A stretch of 64,000 bases of DNA from positions 124,001 through 188,000 of IMG/VR virus record IMGVR_UViG_3300042889_001272. One strand, given 5' to 3'. Positions 1 to 9,428 of the stretch are shown here, in pieces. The number at the start of each line of letters is the position of its first letter. Within the stretch, counting starts at the first letter, position 1. Under the pieces are notes generated by a model. The model was given only the letters and a program-made list of their open reading frames with translations, was not told where the DNA came from and made no database searches. The translations under genes and the position numbers were made by a program.

Positions 1-2
1 GA

Positions 3-794
3 ACTTCCTTTGCGTTTAAAAAAGACAATATTGTCGACTCTACGGAAATCACAACCGTGAATGAAACAGGTCTGGACGCAATGGCAGGCGATGGTGGATA
101 CCAAGAAGCGTATCTCGGTGATCATCTTCGATTTAAGATGAAACGTGAGGGCAAACGTTTTTGGGCAGGCGATAACATCAGCGATTACCTGCACGAAGGC
201 GATATAGAAAAACTAATCGACGAAGCAACTCCAGCATTTGAACAAGTGCTAGATAGTTTGCTAATTGATCGTGAGAATGATCCTAACAGTAAAGGTACTG
301 CAAGACGACTTGCTAAAATGTACTTTAATGAAATTATGGCAGGAAGATATGAACAAGCTCCAGACGCAACAGCATTTCCAAATGATTCGGCAGACCGTTA
401 TGAAGGCATGCTCGTGGTTCGCAGTGAACTTCGTAGTATGTGTAGTCATCATCACCAACCCGTTACTGGGGTTGCTTATATTGGCATTATCGCGGCAGAG
501 AAACTGATCGGTCTTAGCAAGTACACTCGTATCGCACAATGGTGTGCTAGGCGTGGTACTTTACAAGAAGAACTTTGCAATGACATTGCCCGTGAGATTA
601 GCAAAGCTACTGATTCGGAAAACGTAGCTGTGTATATCCAGGCTGTTCATGGATGCTGTGAGAATAGGGGTATTATGGCACATAGCAGTTTGACTCAAAC
701 TACTGTACTTAAAGGATTCTTTAAAGAAGATCCGGGTGCAAAGAAAGAATTCTTTGATAATATTAAACTACAACAGGAGTTTGCACCAAGATGA
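3..794 (+). CDS. folE: GTP cyclohydrolase I (5' partial; frame is open to the window edge)
   Basis: Motifs RSMCSHHHQP, GLSKYTRIAQWCARR, QEEL, HGCCENRG; no stop in frame upstream of the GTG at 57. Confidence 0.95.
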   Translation, partial: TSFAFKKDNIVDSTEITTVNETGLDAMAGDGGYQEAYLGDHLRFKMKREGKRFWAGDNISDYLHEGDIEKLIDEATPAFEQVLDSLLIDRENDPNSKGTARRLAKMYFNEIMAGRYEQAPDATAFPNDSADRYEGMLVVRSELRSMCSHHHQPVTGVAYIGIIAAEKLIGLSKYTRIAQWCARRGTLQEELCNDIAREISKATDSENVAVYIQAVHGCCENRGIMAHSSLTQTTVLKGFFKEDPGAKKEFFDNIKLQQEFAPR

Positions 795-994
795 AAGATC
801 CAGTAATAGAATCCAAAGCCAATGAATTAAAGTCGTTGGTTGATCAAGTTAATCAAATTATGAGTGATCTACAAGACATGAATGTAGAAGTTAGAATTGC
901 ATATATTGATAAAAATGAACATAATCCTACTAATGAAAAATTAAGACAGGGCATCAAACTTTGGCGAGTAGAAGAGCACAATGGCTACCTCTAA
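791..994 (+). CDS. hypothetical protein
   Basis: 67 aa ORF, ATGA overlap with folE. Confidence 0.65.
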   Translation: MKDPVIESKANELKSLVDQVNQIMSDLQDMNVEVRIAYIDKNEHNPTNEKLRQGIKLWRVEEHNGYL

Positions 995-1346
995 TCCAGG
1001 TTACGGTGCTATTCCACCTGGGCCACCTGGGCCACCTGGGCCACCTGGGCCGCAAGGATTAAGCGGACAGATTCTAACTGCTAATGGTATGAATGGTAGT
1101 AATTGGTCGCCGCAACATACTAATGCTGTTCAAATTGGTAGTCCTGATCCTGTTATTACATTTAAATTAGACGGTGACATCGTAACCAAAGCAGGAACTA
1201 TTACAGCAGATGATTGGATTTCTGTTATCAAAGTTATGAAACAGTTGATCATGGATATGAGCCAAGATGAGGAATTAGTATCTAAATATCCATATATACG
1301 AGATGCGGCACATATATGGATGATTAACAAACTTAAAGGAGAATAA
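981..1346 (+). CDS. hypothetical protein with short collagen-like (Gly-Pro-Pro) N-terminal segment
   Basis: PPGPPGPPGPPGPQG; tightly packed in the operon. Confidence 0.7.
   Translation: MATSNPGYGAIPPGPPGPPGPPGPQGLSGQILTANGMNGSNWSPQHTNAVQIGSPDPVITFKLDGDIVTKAGTITADDWISVIKVMKQLIMDMSQDEELVSKYPYIRDAAHIWMINKLKGE
1014..1049 (+). repeat. 9-bp tandem repeat (CCACCTGGG)x4 encoding (PPG)4
   Basis: Four identical copies read directly. Confidence 0.95.
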
Positions 1347-1347
1347 T

Positions 1348-1608
1348 ATGGCAACACGCAAAAAGAAATCAGACAGTATTACTTTAGAAATGCCCGGCAC
1401 TATTGGGGGTGCAAAAATAGTATTTGCAGAACCCACAGTGGTCAAAGGTAGTCATTTAACTGTTACTACTCACTCAGATGGCAAAACTACACTGGCGTGG
1501 GATGACGAAGCATTGCTTAATGATGTACGTGCGGCATTACTAAAAGCAGAGAGTACCATTCCTGCAACCACAGAAACTACACCAAAGCGATCTAAAAAAT
1601 CAAAATAA
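1348..1608 (+). CDS. hypothetical protein
   Basis: 86 aa, AGGAG RBS upstream, basic termini. Confidence 0.75.
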   Translation: MATRKKKSDSITLEMPGTIGGAKIVFAEPTVVKGSHLTVTTHSDGKTTLAWDDEALLNDVRAALLKAESTIPATTETTPKRSKKSK

Positions 1609-1609
1609 A

Positions 1610-1879
1610 ATGCCAGCGGTAAAACATCAGCAGATGAAAACACAACAACTGATTTCTCTTAATTTTTGGGAATCTAAACAATTAGAATATTGGCTGGCTG
1701 ACAATTTTCCAGATTGTCGAGTTCGTTGCCTTTATGATACTTGGTCCGGACATCCAGAAGTAGTCGAATGGTATGCCATAGAAGGTGATATAACAGTTGA
1801 CATGGAGTGCCTTCTGAAGTTAAAATACGGTAACAAATTAAAAAGCTCAAACGCAGGAATAAGACATGGACAAAATTAA
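1610..1879 (+). CDS. hypothetical protein
   Basis: 89 aa ORF filling the gap between packed genes. Confidence 0.6.
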   Translation: MPAVKHQQMKTQQLISLNFWESKQLEYWLADNFPDCRVRCLYDTWSGHPEVVEWYAIEGDITVDMECLLKLKYGNKLKSSNAGIRHGQN

Positions 1880-2726
1880 AGTAAGCGAAATATTTTACAG
1901 CGCACAAGGCGAAGGTCGCTTTATTGGCGTACCCAGTGTGTTCTTTAGAACATTCGGCTGTAACTTTAAATGTGGCGGCTTTGGCTTGCCCGTAGGTCAA
2001 AAGACAACAGAACCAGATGACATTGGTGCAAAGGTACATTTATATAAATCTTTTATGGATTTGCCACTAGCACAAACAGGTTGTGACAGTTATGCTAGTT
2101 GGCATCCTGCATTTAAACATCTAAGTCCTTATTACAGTATTGATGAAGCTATAGATGAAATGCTTAAACTAACTCCTAATAATGCATGGAAGCAAAGCAA
2201 TGGCAATGACGTACATCTTGTTATTACAGGCGGAGAACCTTTGCTGGGATGGCAACAACTATATCCAGATTTGCTAAGTGAAAACAAGATGCGCGATCTC
2301 GAAAATCTAACCTTCGAGACAAACGGCACTCAGCACTTGCATGAAGACTTTAAACGTTTCTTGTCAGACTCTTATCACTTACGCAAAGATCAAATTACAT
2401 TTAGCGTTAGTCCTAAACTAAGTGCCAGTGGTGAGTCTTGGAAGGATGCAGTCTGTCCTGAAGTAGTAGTAGAATATCAAACACGTGGCTTTACTTACTT
2501 GAAGTTTGTTGTTGACAAGTTAGAAGACTTTAAAGAAGTAGATGCAGCCACAGCAGAATATAGAGATGCAGGATTTACCGGACCAGCGTTTGTCATGCCG
2601 GTGGGTGGCACAGATACGGCTTATTTTGCCAACAGCAAACATATTGCAGACATTGCATTAGAAAAAGGTTACAGATATAGTCCTAGACTACACGTAGACA
2701 TTTGGAGTAACGGATGGGGCAAGTAA
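1866..2726 (+). CDS. queE: 7-carboxy-7-deazaguanine synthase QueE (radical SAM)
   Basis: EIFYSAQGEGRFIGVPSVFFRTFGCNFKC...CDS, ITGGEP, ETNGT, SVSPKL, SPRLHVDIW. Confidence 0.88.
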   Translation: MDKIKVSEIFYSAQGEGRFIGVPSVFFRTFGCNFKCGGFGLPVGQKTTEPDDIGAKVHLYKSFMDLPLAQTGCDSYASWHPAFKHLSPYYSIDEAIDEMLKLTPNNAWKQSNGNDVHLVITGGEPLLGWQQLYPDLLSENKMRDLENLTFETNGTQHLHEDFKRFLSDSYHLRKDQITFSVSPKLSASGESWKDAVCPEVVVEYQTRGFTYLKFVVDKLEDFKEVDAATAEYRDAGFTGPAFVMPVGGTDTAYFANSKHIADIALEKGYRYSPRLHVDIWSNGWGK

Positions 2727-3067
2727 TGAAAGCACAACAACCGGCAAAAGGTATAATGTTTGATGCTGATTATGGCAATAGTAAATCATATACTATTGCC
2801 TGCGATTGCCATGATGGAGATCATCAGGTTCATATGTGGATTGAACTTAATGGCGAAGAAGATACCAAGGACGTAGAAATGACTTTCTACGTTAATACTA
2901 CAACACCTTTCTGGAAACCGGGATTCAGCAGAGTCAAAGCCGCTTGGAATATATTAATCAAGGGCTACAGAGAAGATCAACATACATTGATTTTAAACAA
3001 ACAGGCAGCATTGAATGTTGCCAATACTATTAATCAAGTAGTAGAAGAATTACAAGGAAAAAAATGA
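2714..3067 (+). CDS. hypothetical protein
   Basis: About 110 aa ORF overlapping queE stop and metK start. Confidence 0.7.
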   Translation: MGQVMKAQQPAKGIMFDADYGNSKSYTIACDCHDGDHQVHMWIELNGEEDTKDVEMTFYVNTTTPFWKPGFSRVKAAWNILIKGYREDQHTLILNKQAALNVANTINQVVEELQGKK

Positions 3068-4164
3068 GTTATTTGTTTACCAGCGAGAGTGTGTCAGAGG
3101 GACATCCGGATAAAATTGCAGATGCTATCAGTGATGCGATTTTAGATTTAGTAATGGCCAAAGAGGATCTTAGTCTTCGGTGCGCTTGCGAAACATTAGT
3201 AACTACTAATCGTGTTGTTCTTGCAGGAGAATACAAAGGTATTTTAGACAACGTAGAAGTAGAAAACGCAGTAAGAAAAGTTATTAAAGATGTGGGCTAC
3301 GAACAAACAGGATTTGATTGGCGTACTGTTGAAATTACTAATTTACTACACGGACAAAGTGCCGACATTGCATTAGGTACAGATAACTTTGGCGCAGGCG
3401 ATCAAGGCTTAATGTTTGGTTATGCTTGTAATGAAACTGATAACTATATGCCCAGCGCAATTTATTGGAGTCATGAGATCCTTCGGCACTTAACCGATGC
3501 TCGTAAAAATGGTGTTGTAAATTGGTTAGGACCTGATGCAAAAAGTCAAGTAACATTTGAATACAATGACGATGGCACTCTAAAGCGTATTGCCAAAGTT
3601 GTTTGTAGTACACAGCACAGTGATTCAGTGGGTATCGAAACAGTTCGCAAAATTGTAACTACACTTATTCGCAATGTACTACCAGGTAAGTATATCGATG
3701 AACATACTGAATTCTTTATTAACCCTACTGGTCGATTTGTTATTGGTGGTCCTGATGGTGACACTGGTCTCACAGGACGAAAAATCATCGTCGACACCTA
3801 CGGCGGTTATAGCCCTCACGGTGGTGGTGCTTTTAGCGGCAAAGATCCTACTAAAGTAGATCGTAGTGCCGCATATATGATGCGATACATTGCTAAGAAT
3901 ATTGTCGCTAGCGGTAAGTCATCTTGGGCTAATGTACAGATTAGCTATGCTATTGGGCTTGCTGAGCCAATGAGCTTCTATGTTGAATGTGACGACATTG
4001 ATGTTGCTCGTGAACTAACCGTTTCTATTCCTAGTTTAGTAGATTTAACTCCAAAAGGTATCATTGAACGATTTAACTTGTTCCGTCCTATCTATAGTAG
4101 CACAACCAACTATGGTCACTTTGGTAAAGATTATTTGCCATGGGAAAAGATCGACTTGTTCTAA
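3064..4164 (+). CDS. metK: S-adenosylmethionine synthetase
   Basis: FTSESVSEGHPDK, GAGDQGLMFGYA, GGPDGDTGLTGRKIIVDTYGG, GGGAFSGKDPTKVDRSAAY, YGHFG. Confidence 0.98.
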   Translation: MSYLFTSESVSEGHPDKIADAISDAILDLVMAKEDLSLRCACETLVTTNRVVLAGEYKGILDNVEVENAVRKVIKDVGYEQTGFDWRTVEITNLLHGQSADIALGTDNFGAGDQGLMFGYACNETDNYMPSAIYWSHEILRHLTDARKNGVVNWLGPDAKSQVTFEYNDDGTLKRIAKVVCSTQHSDSVGIETVRKIVTTLIRNVLPGKYIDEHTEFFINPTGRFVIGGPDGDTGLTGRKIIVDTYGGYSPHGGGAFSGKDPTKVDRSAAYMMRYIAKNIVASGKSSWANVQISYAIGLAEPMSFYVECDDIDVARELTVSIPSLVDLTPKGIIERFNLFRPIYSSTTNYGHFGKDYLPWEKIDLF

Positions 4165-4170
4165 AATATT

Positions 4171-4482
4171 ATGCTAAACAAACTAAAAAACTTATTTGGT
4201 AAGAAACCAGAAGCCACAGGCAAAGAAGGTAAAGAACCTTGGGTCAATGTAGTTAACACTAACTTTGATGAAGGCAATCCAAACCAAGGCTTTATGGAAC
4301 TCGAATGGAATAAGCCATTCATTGAATTTCTACGTAAGCATGGTTATGAAGGCGCCAACGACGAGGAAGTAGTTGATAAATGGTTTACTGATTTATGTAA
4401 AAACATTGGCGGGCAAATGGACGAAGAAGCCAAATTTGTTGCAGATGCTGACAAGTTACCAAAGAAGCGGAAAAAGTCTTGA
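4171..4482 (+). CDS. conserved phage hypothetical protein
   Basis: 103 aa; EPWVNVV...ELEWN...DEEVVDKWF pattern typical of large-phage ORFans. Confidence 0.75.
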   Translation: MLNKLKNLFGKKPEATGKEGKEPWVNVVNTNFDEGNPNQGFMELEWNKPFIEFLRKHGYEGANDEEVVDKWFTDLCKNIGGQMDEEAKFVADADKLPKKRKKS

Positions 4483-4506
4483 CTTTAATTGATAATCGTG
4501 TATAAT
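4479..4506 (+). promoter_or_regulatory. sigma70-type promoter
   Basis: TTGACT-N16-TATAAT immediately before ORF 4512. Confidence 0.6.
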
Positions 4507-4511
4507 AACGT

Positions 4512-4727
4512 ATGTCAACAAAATTAAATTGGAATTACGAAGTTAAGTGGGTAGGAGATACTCATATACTATTGGTTCTACGTAGAACTGACAATGAAGA
4601 CTTAGTAAATGAAATGCTAATGACAGTTAAAGAGTATGCTGAATTTATGGGCTTGCTACAAGAGTTCAACATACACTTTAAAGAAAAAATTGACCAACAA
4701 CTTATACAAGATTATTTAAATGGGTAA
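4512..4727 (+). CDS. hypothetical protein
   Basis: 71 aa ORF downstream of the promoter, overlaps the next start. Confidence 0.7.
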   Translation: MSTKLNWNYEVKWVGDTHILLVLRRTDNEDLVNEMLMTVKEYAEFMGLLQEFNIHFKEKIDQQLIQDYLNG

Positions 4728-5709
4728 ACAATACATCCTAGTAGATGCCGCTAACATGTTCTTCCGTGCTCGTCACGTAGTTCGAGGCGAAGACGCTGAA
4801 ACTAAGGTAGGCATGGCTTACCACATTATGTTTAACAGTATTAACAAAGTATGGCGCGACTTTAAAGGCAGTCACGTCGTTGTCTGCCTCGAAGGTCGAA
4901 GCTGGCGTAAAGATGCTGATAAAAACTATAAAGCAAATCGTACTGCGGCTCGCATGGCACTGAGTCCTAAAGAAGCAGAAGAAGATAAAATCTTTTGGCA
5001 AGCCTTTGATGAGTTTAAAGACTATCTTACATCTAAGTCTAACTGTACTGTTCTACAGCATGAACGATGTGAAGCAGATGATTTCATTGCTCGCTGGATT
5101 CAAAATCATACTGAAGATGAACACGTGATTGTCAGCAGTGACAGCGATTTTTATCAATTGCTGGCGCCAAATGTTCGCCAGTTCAACGGCATTAGTAAAC
5201 AGTTAATTACTGTGGAAGGTATCTTTGATGAAAAAGGTCGACGCATTAAAGATAAGAAAACTAAAGAGGAACTAGCCGCTCCAGATCCACAATGGTTATT
5301 GTTTGAGAAATGTATGCGTGGCGATAGTTCAGACAATGTGTTCTCGGCCTTTCCAGGTGTGCGTGAAAAAGGTACTAAGAACAAAGTTGGTTTGAGAGAA
5401 GCCTTTGCTGACAGACAATCCAAAGGCCTTAATTGGAATATGATGATGTTGCAACGTTGGGTCGACCACGAAGGTACCGAACACAGAGTTCGTGACAGAT
5501 ATATCCATAATAAGATGCTTATTGACTTGACAGAACAGCCAGAAGACATTAAAATAGCGTTAGATACAACTATTAGCGAATCCGTTAATAAACAAAGAGT
5601 GCAGTCAGTGGGCTTACACTTTGTCAAGTTTTGTAGTAAATGGAACCTTGTCACTATCGCAGATAAAATGACAGACCACGGTGAGTACTTAGGAGCAACA
5701 TACAAATGA
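4720..5709 (+). CDS. rnh: 5'-3' exonuclease / T4 RNase H-like flap endonuclease
   Basis: LVDAANMFFR, EGRSWRK...YKANR, CEADDFIA, SSDSDFYQL, GDSSDNV (PIN/FEN acidic motifs). Confidence 0.88.
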   Translation: MGKQYILVDAANMFFRARHVVRGEDAETKVGMAYHIMFNSINKVWRDFKGSHVVVCLEGRSWRKDADKNYKANRTAARMALSPKEAEEDKIFWQAFDEFKDYLTSKSNCTVLQHERCEADDFIARWIQNHTEDEHVIVSSDSDFYQLLAPNVRQFNGISKQLITVEGIFDEKGRRIKDKKTKEELAAPDPQWLLFEKCMRGDSSDNVFSAFPGVREKGTKNKVGLREAFADRQSKGLNWNMMMLQRWVDHEGTEHRVRDRYIHNKMLIDLTEQPEDIKIALDTTISESVNKQRVQSVGLHFVKFCSKWNLVTIADKMTDHGEYLGATYK

Positions 5710-6179
5710 TTTTAGCAAAAAGTGTAATTAAAGATAAGTTTTGGATTCTTGAAGAGAATGCCAAACGGGTTGGCATGATGAACTTCAAAGATAATAATTA
5801 TACTATTAATCTTAAACGTAAAGACTTAGTAGTTCAAAGTGAGGACGAACTTAAGAATATGGGCATTGAGTTTGTTGTTCGCGACTTAACACATGGTGGT
5901 CATCTTGAGGTCATGGGTTATCCAACGGATCAAGAAGAAGTCTTTAATGTAAAAGACATTGACGGATTTCCAACATTTACTAAAAAAGCAGAAAGTAAAA
6001 GCATCCATGTTGCAGGTTGGTATGGCTTAAAGTTTAAAAATGGTTGGTGTACTAGTTTATGTCCCAGATTATCTACTGTTAAGACCAATGTATATGCGGG
6101 ACCGTTTAAAACTAAAATGGATCTAAAAGTTGTTTTAGGACAGAAAAAAGACGTAATTTTAAACGAAGACGATAGTTAA
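5706..6179 (+). CDS. hypothetical protein
   Basis: 157 aa, ATGA overlap with exonuclease. Confidence 0.75.
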   Translation: MILAKSVIKDKFWILEENAKRVGMMNFKDNNYTINLKRKDLVVQSEDELKNMGIEFVVRDLTHGGHLEVMGYPTDQEEVFNVKDIDGFPTFTKKAESKSIHVAGWYGLKFKNGWCTSLCPRLSTVKTNVYAGPFKTKMDLKVVLGQKKDVILNEDDS

Positions 6180-6201
6180 AATAGTATATAACCTGTTTTC
6201 T

Positions 6202-6209
6202 GATAAATA
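6202..6209 (+). promoter_or_regulatory. T4-like late promoter GATAAATA
   Basis: Intergenic, upstream of GGAG RBS and ORF 6229; motif recurs before several genes. Confidence 0.55.
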
Positions 6210-6228
6210 ATATATTGGAGAACAGTAA

Positions 6229-6546
6229 ATGGCAAGACCTAAACCTACTATATTATTAACACACGTGGATCCTAGCTCATATAAGAGCGAAGAAATATTA
6301 GAAGCTGATGCTATCTATGCAGTATTCTATCAAGGAAATCCGTTTAATCTTCGTACGTTTTTAAACAGCTTACAAGACTACCCCGGACCTAAATACAAGA
6401 AGGTTAGCTTCTCTAATCCAGGTCATGCGTTTAATCTAATGGAAAAAATGAACAAGTTGTTCAAGTGTTCAGACTTTACTGTAGTAGAATTAAAAGAAGG
6501 GTCTTTAGTCAATGAATCAGACCTTATCAAAAAAGCAGTTAAGTGA
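6229..6546 (+). CDS. conserved large-phage hypothetical protein
   Basis: MARPKPTILL...GPKYKKVSFSNPGHAFNL; GGAG RBS. Confidence 0.8.
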   Translation: MARPKPTILLTHVDPSSYKSEEILEADAIYAVFYQGNPFNLRTFLNSLQDYPGPKYKKVSFSNPGHAFNLMEKMNKLFKCSDFTVVELKEGSLVNESDLIKKAVK

Positions 6547-6853
6547 AGCAATCTTTGAACAACTTAAAAAGTCTGTTGGTCGAGACTTAGAGTTCTTTCA
6601 AATATTCAAAAACGTCAAAGGTACTAGATTTACCAGTACAGGTTTTGAACTGGCTAAAATCCTATGGCGAGTGTATCCAATAAAGTTCAAACAAGAATAT
6701 AGAGTATTAAACAAGACTCTACTGTTGTTAGACGAACGCATGGATTGGCCATATTACCTGAGCAAACGTCAATTGGTATTGTTCAGCGAAATGGATGCGT
6801 TCGAGTTTACATTATATTCAGGAGATATAAATTTATGGTCCAACAAATTATAA
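6512..6853 (+). CDS. hypothetical protein
   Basis: 113 aa ORF overlapping the previous gene. Confidence 0.7.
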   Translation: MNQTLSKKQLSEAIFEQLKKSVGRDLEFFQIFKNVKGTRFTSTGFELAKILWRVYPIKFKQEYRVLNKTLLLLDERMDWPYYLSKRQLVLFSEMDAFEFTLYSGDINLWSNKL

Positions 6854-6861
6854 ATTATAAA

Positions 6862-7209
6862 TTATACAATTTCAACTTCGACTGTAGTTGCGTGGCCATG
6901 AATAGCATTGTACTCATCACGAGCTTCTTTAAATAAAGGCATCCCAGCTTCTACAGCTCTGGCATCGTTTTCGGCGAAAAGTTCATCTCTGCCCATAGGT
7001 GATGTAAAGATATGAGTAACTGTCATCGTTAAACCATCAACTGACTCAGTTCTATCAAATGAAATTATTGCATTTGGTTCATCTGGACTTTTGGGACGTG
7101 CAGTTTTTGCAGCGACCATTTGCTCTTGATATACTTGTCCTACCGCTGTATTGATAAAAAAAGGCGCATTTGCAGTTGGTCTTACAGTAGTGAGTGAGAA
7201 TTTGAACAT
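6862..7209 (-). CDS. hypothetical protein, probably late-expressed
   Basis: 115 aa; AGGAG RBS; GATAAATA on - strand at 7236-7243. Confidence 0.75.
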   Translation of the reverse strand: MFKFSLTTVRPTANAPFFINTAVGQVYQEQMVAAKTARPKSPDEPNAIISFDRTESVDGLTMTVTHIFTSPMGRDELFAENDARAVEAGMPLFKEARDEYNAIHGHATTVEVEIV

Positions 7210-7315
7210 AATTGTCTCCTAGAATATGTTTACTTTATTTATCTTTAAATTTATTTTTTTAGCATTTTCAATGGCTTTTTCGTATCGAATTGTTAATAAC
7301 TTGAATATTGACAAA

Positions 7316-8230
7316 CTATTTTTTAAGCAATTTAGTTACAATTTCCTTCCAATATTGTCTTTCATTAATATACCAATCGTTGTATTTTGCTACTGAAAGA
7401 GTAGTTGGTGTAATTAAATCCTTTTGATATGCTTCTAATGCTTTGCTACTAGCTGTAGACTTTGCTAAAATTTTATTAATTTCGTTATATTTGTCAACGG
7501 GCATTTCGTTAGATGCAAATACAGCATAATTAGCTACTAACTTATCAACTCCAGATATGCCTTGTTTAGTTAAGAGTAGACCTTTAAACTCTTCTAAATC
7601 TCGAACACCAGTATATCCAATTACTGAAACCTCTTTAGCATCAATCACGGGTTTAGCATCTATGACAAAGGTTACTGCGGCATCCACATGCCCGCCTGCA
7701 GCCGCTATTGTAGCATCGATCATACCTTTAAAATTTACAATGACTAAGTTAGGATTCTTTTCTTTAAGGACATTGGCCAGCATATCAGATAAGCTGCCTA
7801 TGCCACTAATGCCTATGCTTGGATTAGGTTGCTGAAGTAACTCGTTTATATTTTTATATTTTTTGCTAACTACAGCTAAAGGTGCGCCTCCACCTTGCAC
7901 TAATACTGGCTTAAATTTATCTAAGTCATGGATACCTGTCGTTTCTACTGCCGGTCTAATAAAGAAACTAGAACTCATCCCCACTACGGTATTATTCGGA
8001 TTCTGTAACACATGATTGGCAGCAATGCTACCGCCTGCGCCTGATTTAGATTCGATAATGAAATTGTATTTTGATTGAGACTTATTGGCATCTTCTGCAA
8101 TGTGTCTTAATGTTATTGCTTGATTTGAGCCAATGCTAAATCCCCATAGTATAGAAATAGTTTCGGCTGCTGAAGCTGCTGTTGCAGTTGCTAATGTGAC
8201 AATTGCCACGATTGTTTTAAATGTTTTCAT
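7316..8230 (-). CDS. Bug/TctC-family tripartite tricarboxylate transporter substrate-binding protein
   Basis: Signal peptide (..ATAASAA), ESKSGAGGSIAA (cf. NRPGAGG), FKGMIDATIAAAGGHVD, about 300 aa periplasmic-binding size. Confidence 0.8.
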   Translation of the reverse strand: MKTFKTIVAIVTLATATAASAAETISILWGFSIGSNQAITLRHIAEDANKSQSKYNFIIESKSGAGGSIAANHVLQNPNNTVVGMSSSFFIRPAVETTGIHDLDKFKPVLVQGGGAPLAVVSKKYKNINELLQQPNPSIGISGIGSLSDMLANVLKEKNPNLVIVNFKGMIDATIAAAGGHVDAAVTFVIDAKPVIDAKEVSVIGYTGVRDLEEFKGLLLTKQGISGVDKLVANYAVFASNEMPVDKYNEINKILAKSTASSKALEAYQKDLITPTTLSVAKYNDWYINERQYWKEIVTKLLKK

Positions 8231-9377
8231 TCATGTTTCCTATAAAATATTTATTTGAAAAAGTTGTAAGGCCGCTAACTACCCCATCACGCTTGCCTGC
8301 CACAACATAGTTTTTTGCATTCTCTGCAACATAATTTATGCCTTCTTGCCATATTTGAAACTCAGGAGTGTTGTTGTACAGTGAAAAAAACCAGTCATCA
8401 AATTCATTGTTCCAATCTTTTGTAGACTTATCTGCTTGATACCAAGAATCATTCCACGTCGAGTATATAATTTTTCTATACATTCTTTCGTGTATCAGTC
8501 GGTGTTTTGTAAACAGATCTACCAAATCAACAGGGCTCCACAGTGGTTGATATTGGGGATATACTCTTAACCATTTTTTAATAACATGCGCCTGCTTGCA
8601 TATTATTGGCAATGCGCTTGGGTCCCAATAAAAATACTCAACTGTAGCGTTATCATATTCAGACAAATGGTCACTTGCACTAGCAATATTAGCACTCTTA
8701 TCGCTGAATAGTACATAGAATTTATTCTTTTCTATGTAAGTTCTAGGCTTTTCTATTCCTAATATTACACATATGCTCTTACTACGATCGAATTGATTTC
8801 TTACTTCTTTAAAATATGTGTAATTGTAACGAGTTGCACCACTAACATTTAATGGCTCACGACTAGTTTCTACCCATGACGCATTTCCTGCTTTTCTCAA
8901 AGTATCAAAAACATTATCGCTTAAATCTAATACAGTAATTTTAGTTTTAGGACTTTGATCTTTTATATATTGTAACCTGCCAATAGTTTGTAATTCAAAT
9001 TCTGCGCCTGCATTCCAACTTCCTCGAATACTAGTATCTAATACAGTTAAGCGATTAGCTTTGGACATGTGATTAACAACTACTTCATCAATTAACAGAC
9101 CTTGCCGCAAAAATGATTCTAATATGTTGTGACTATCGCTACCTGCACTATAGCTTAAAATAACATAATCGTATTTCTCACGAATTTCTCTAGATCGTCG
9201 GTCATACAGTTGATCCAGTGTTTCTTCCGGCTCTATAGTCCAATCAAATCTGTCAAATTCTTCGTTATTAAAATGCCAATTTAATGGTTTATTTACTTGA
9301 GAAGAATATACACACGCTTTAATCTTAGAATCAAATTCTAAATTGTTACACGAATAGTATCCCAGTTTTTTGTTCAT
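8217..9377 (-). CDS. PP-loop (adenine nucleotide alpha hydrolase-like) enzyme, paralog 1
   Basis: ILSYSAGSDSHNIL PP-loop motif; extensive similarity to 9429-10592. Confidence 0.7.
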   Translation of the reverse strand: MNKKLGYYSCNNLEFDSKIKACVYSSQVNKPLNWHFNNEEFDRFDWTIEPEETLDQLYDRRSREIREKYDYVILSYSAGSDSHNILESFLRQGLLIDEVVVNHMSKANRLTVLDTSIRGSWNAGAEFELQTIGRLQYIKDQSPKTKITVLDLSDNVFDTLRKAGNASWVETSREPLNVSGATRYNYTYFKEVRNQFDRSKSICVILGIEKPRTYIEKNKFYVLFSDKSANIASASDHLSEYDNATVEYFYWDPSALPIICKQAHVIKKWLRVYPQYQPLWSPVDLVDLFTKHRLIHERMYRKIIYSTWNDSWYQADKSTKDWNNEFDDWFFSLYNNTPEFQIWQEGINYVAENAKNYVVAGKRDGVVSGLTTFSNKYFIGNMNENI

Positions 9378-9428
9378 TTATAATTAAATTTCCTATATAG
9401 TATTTTTTTGACAGAGTTATGTATATAT

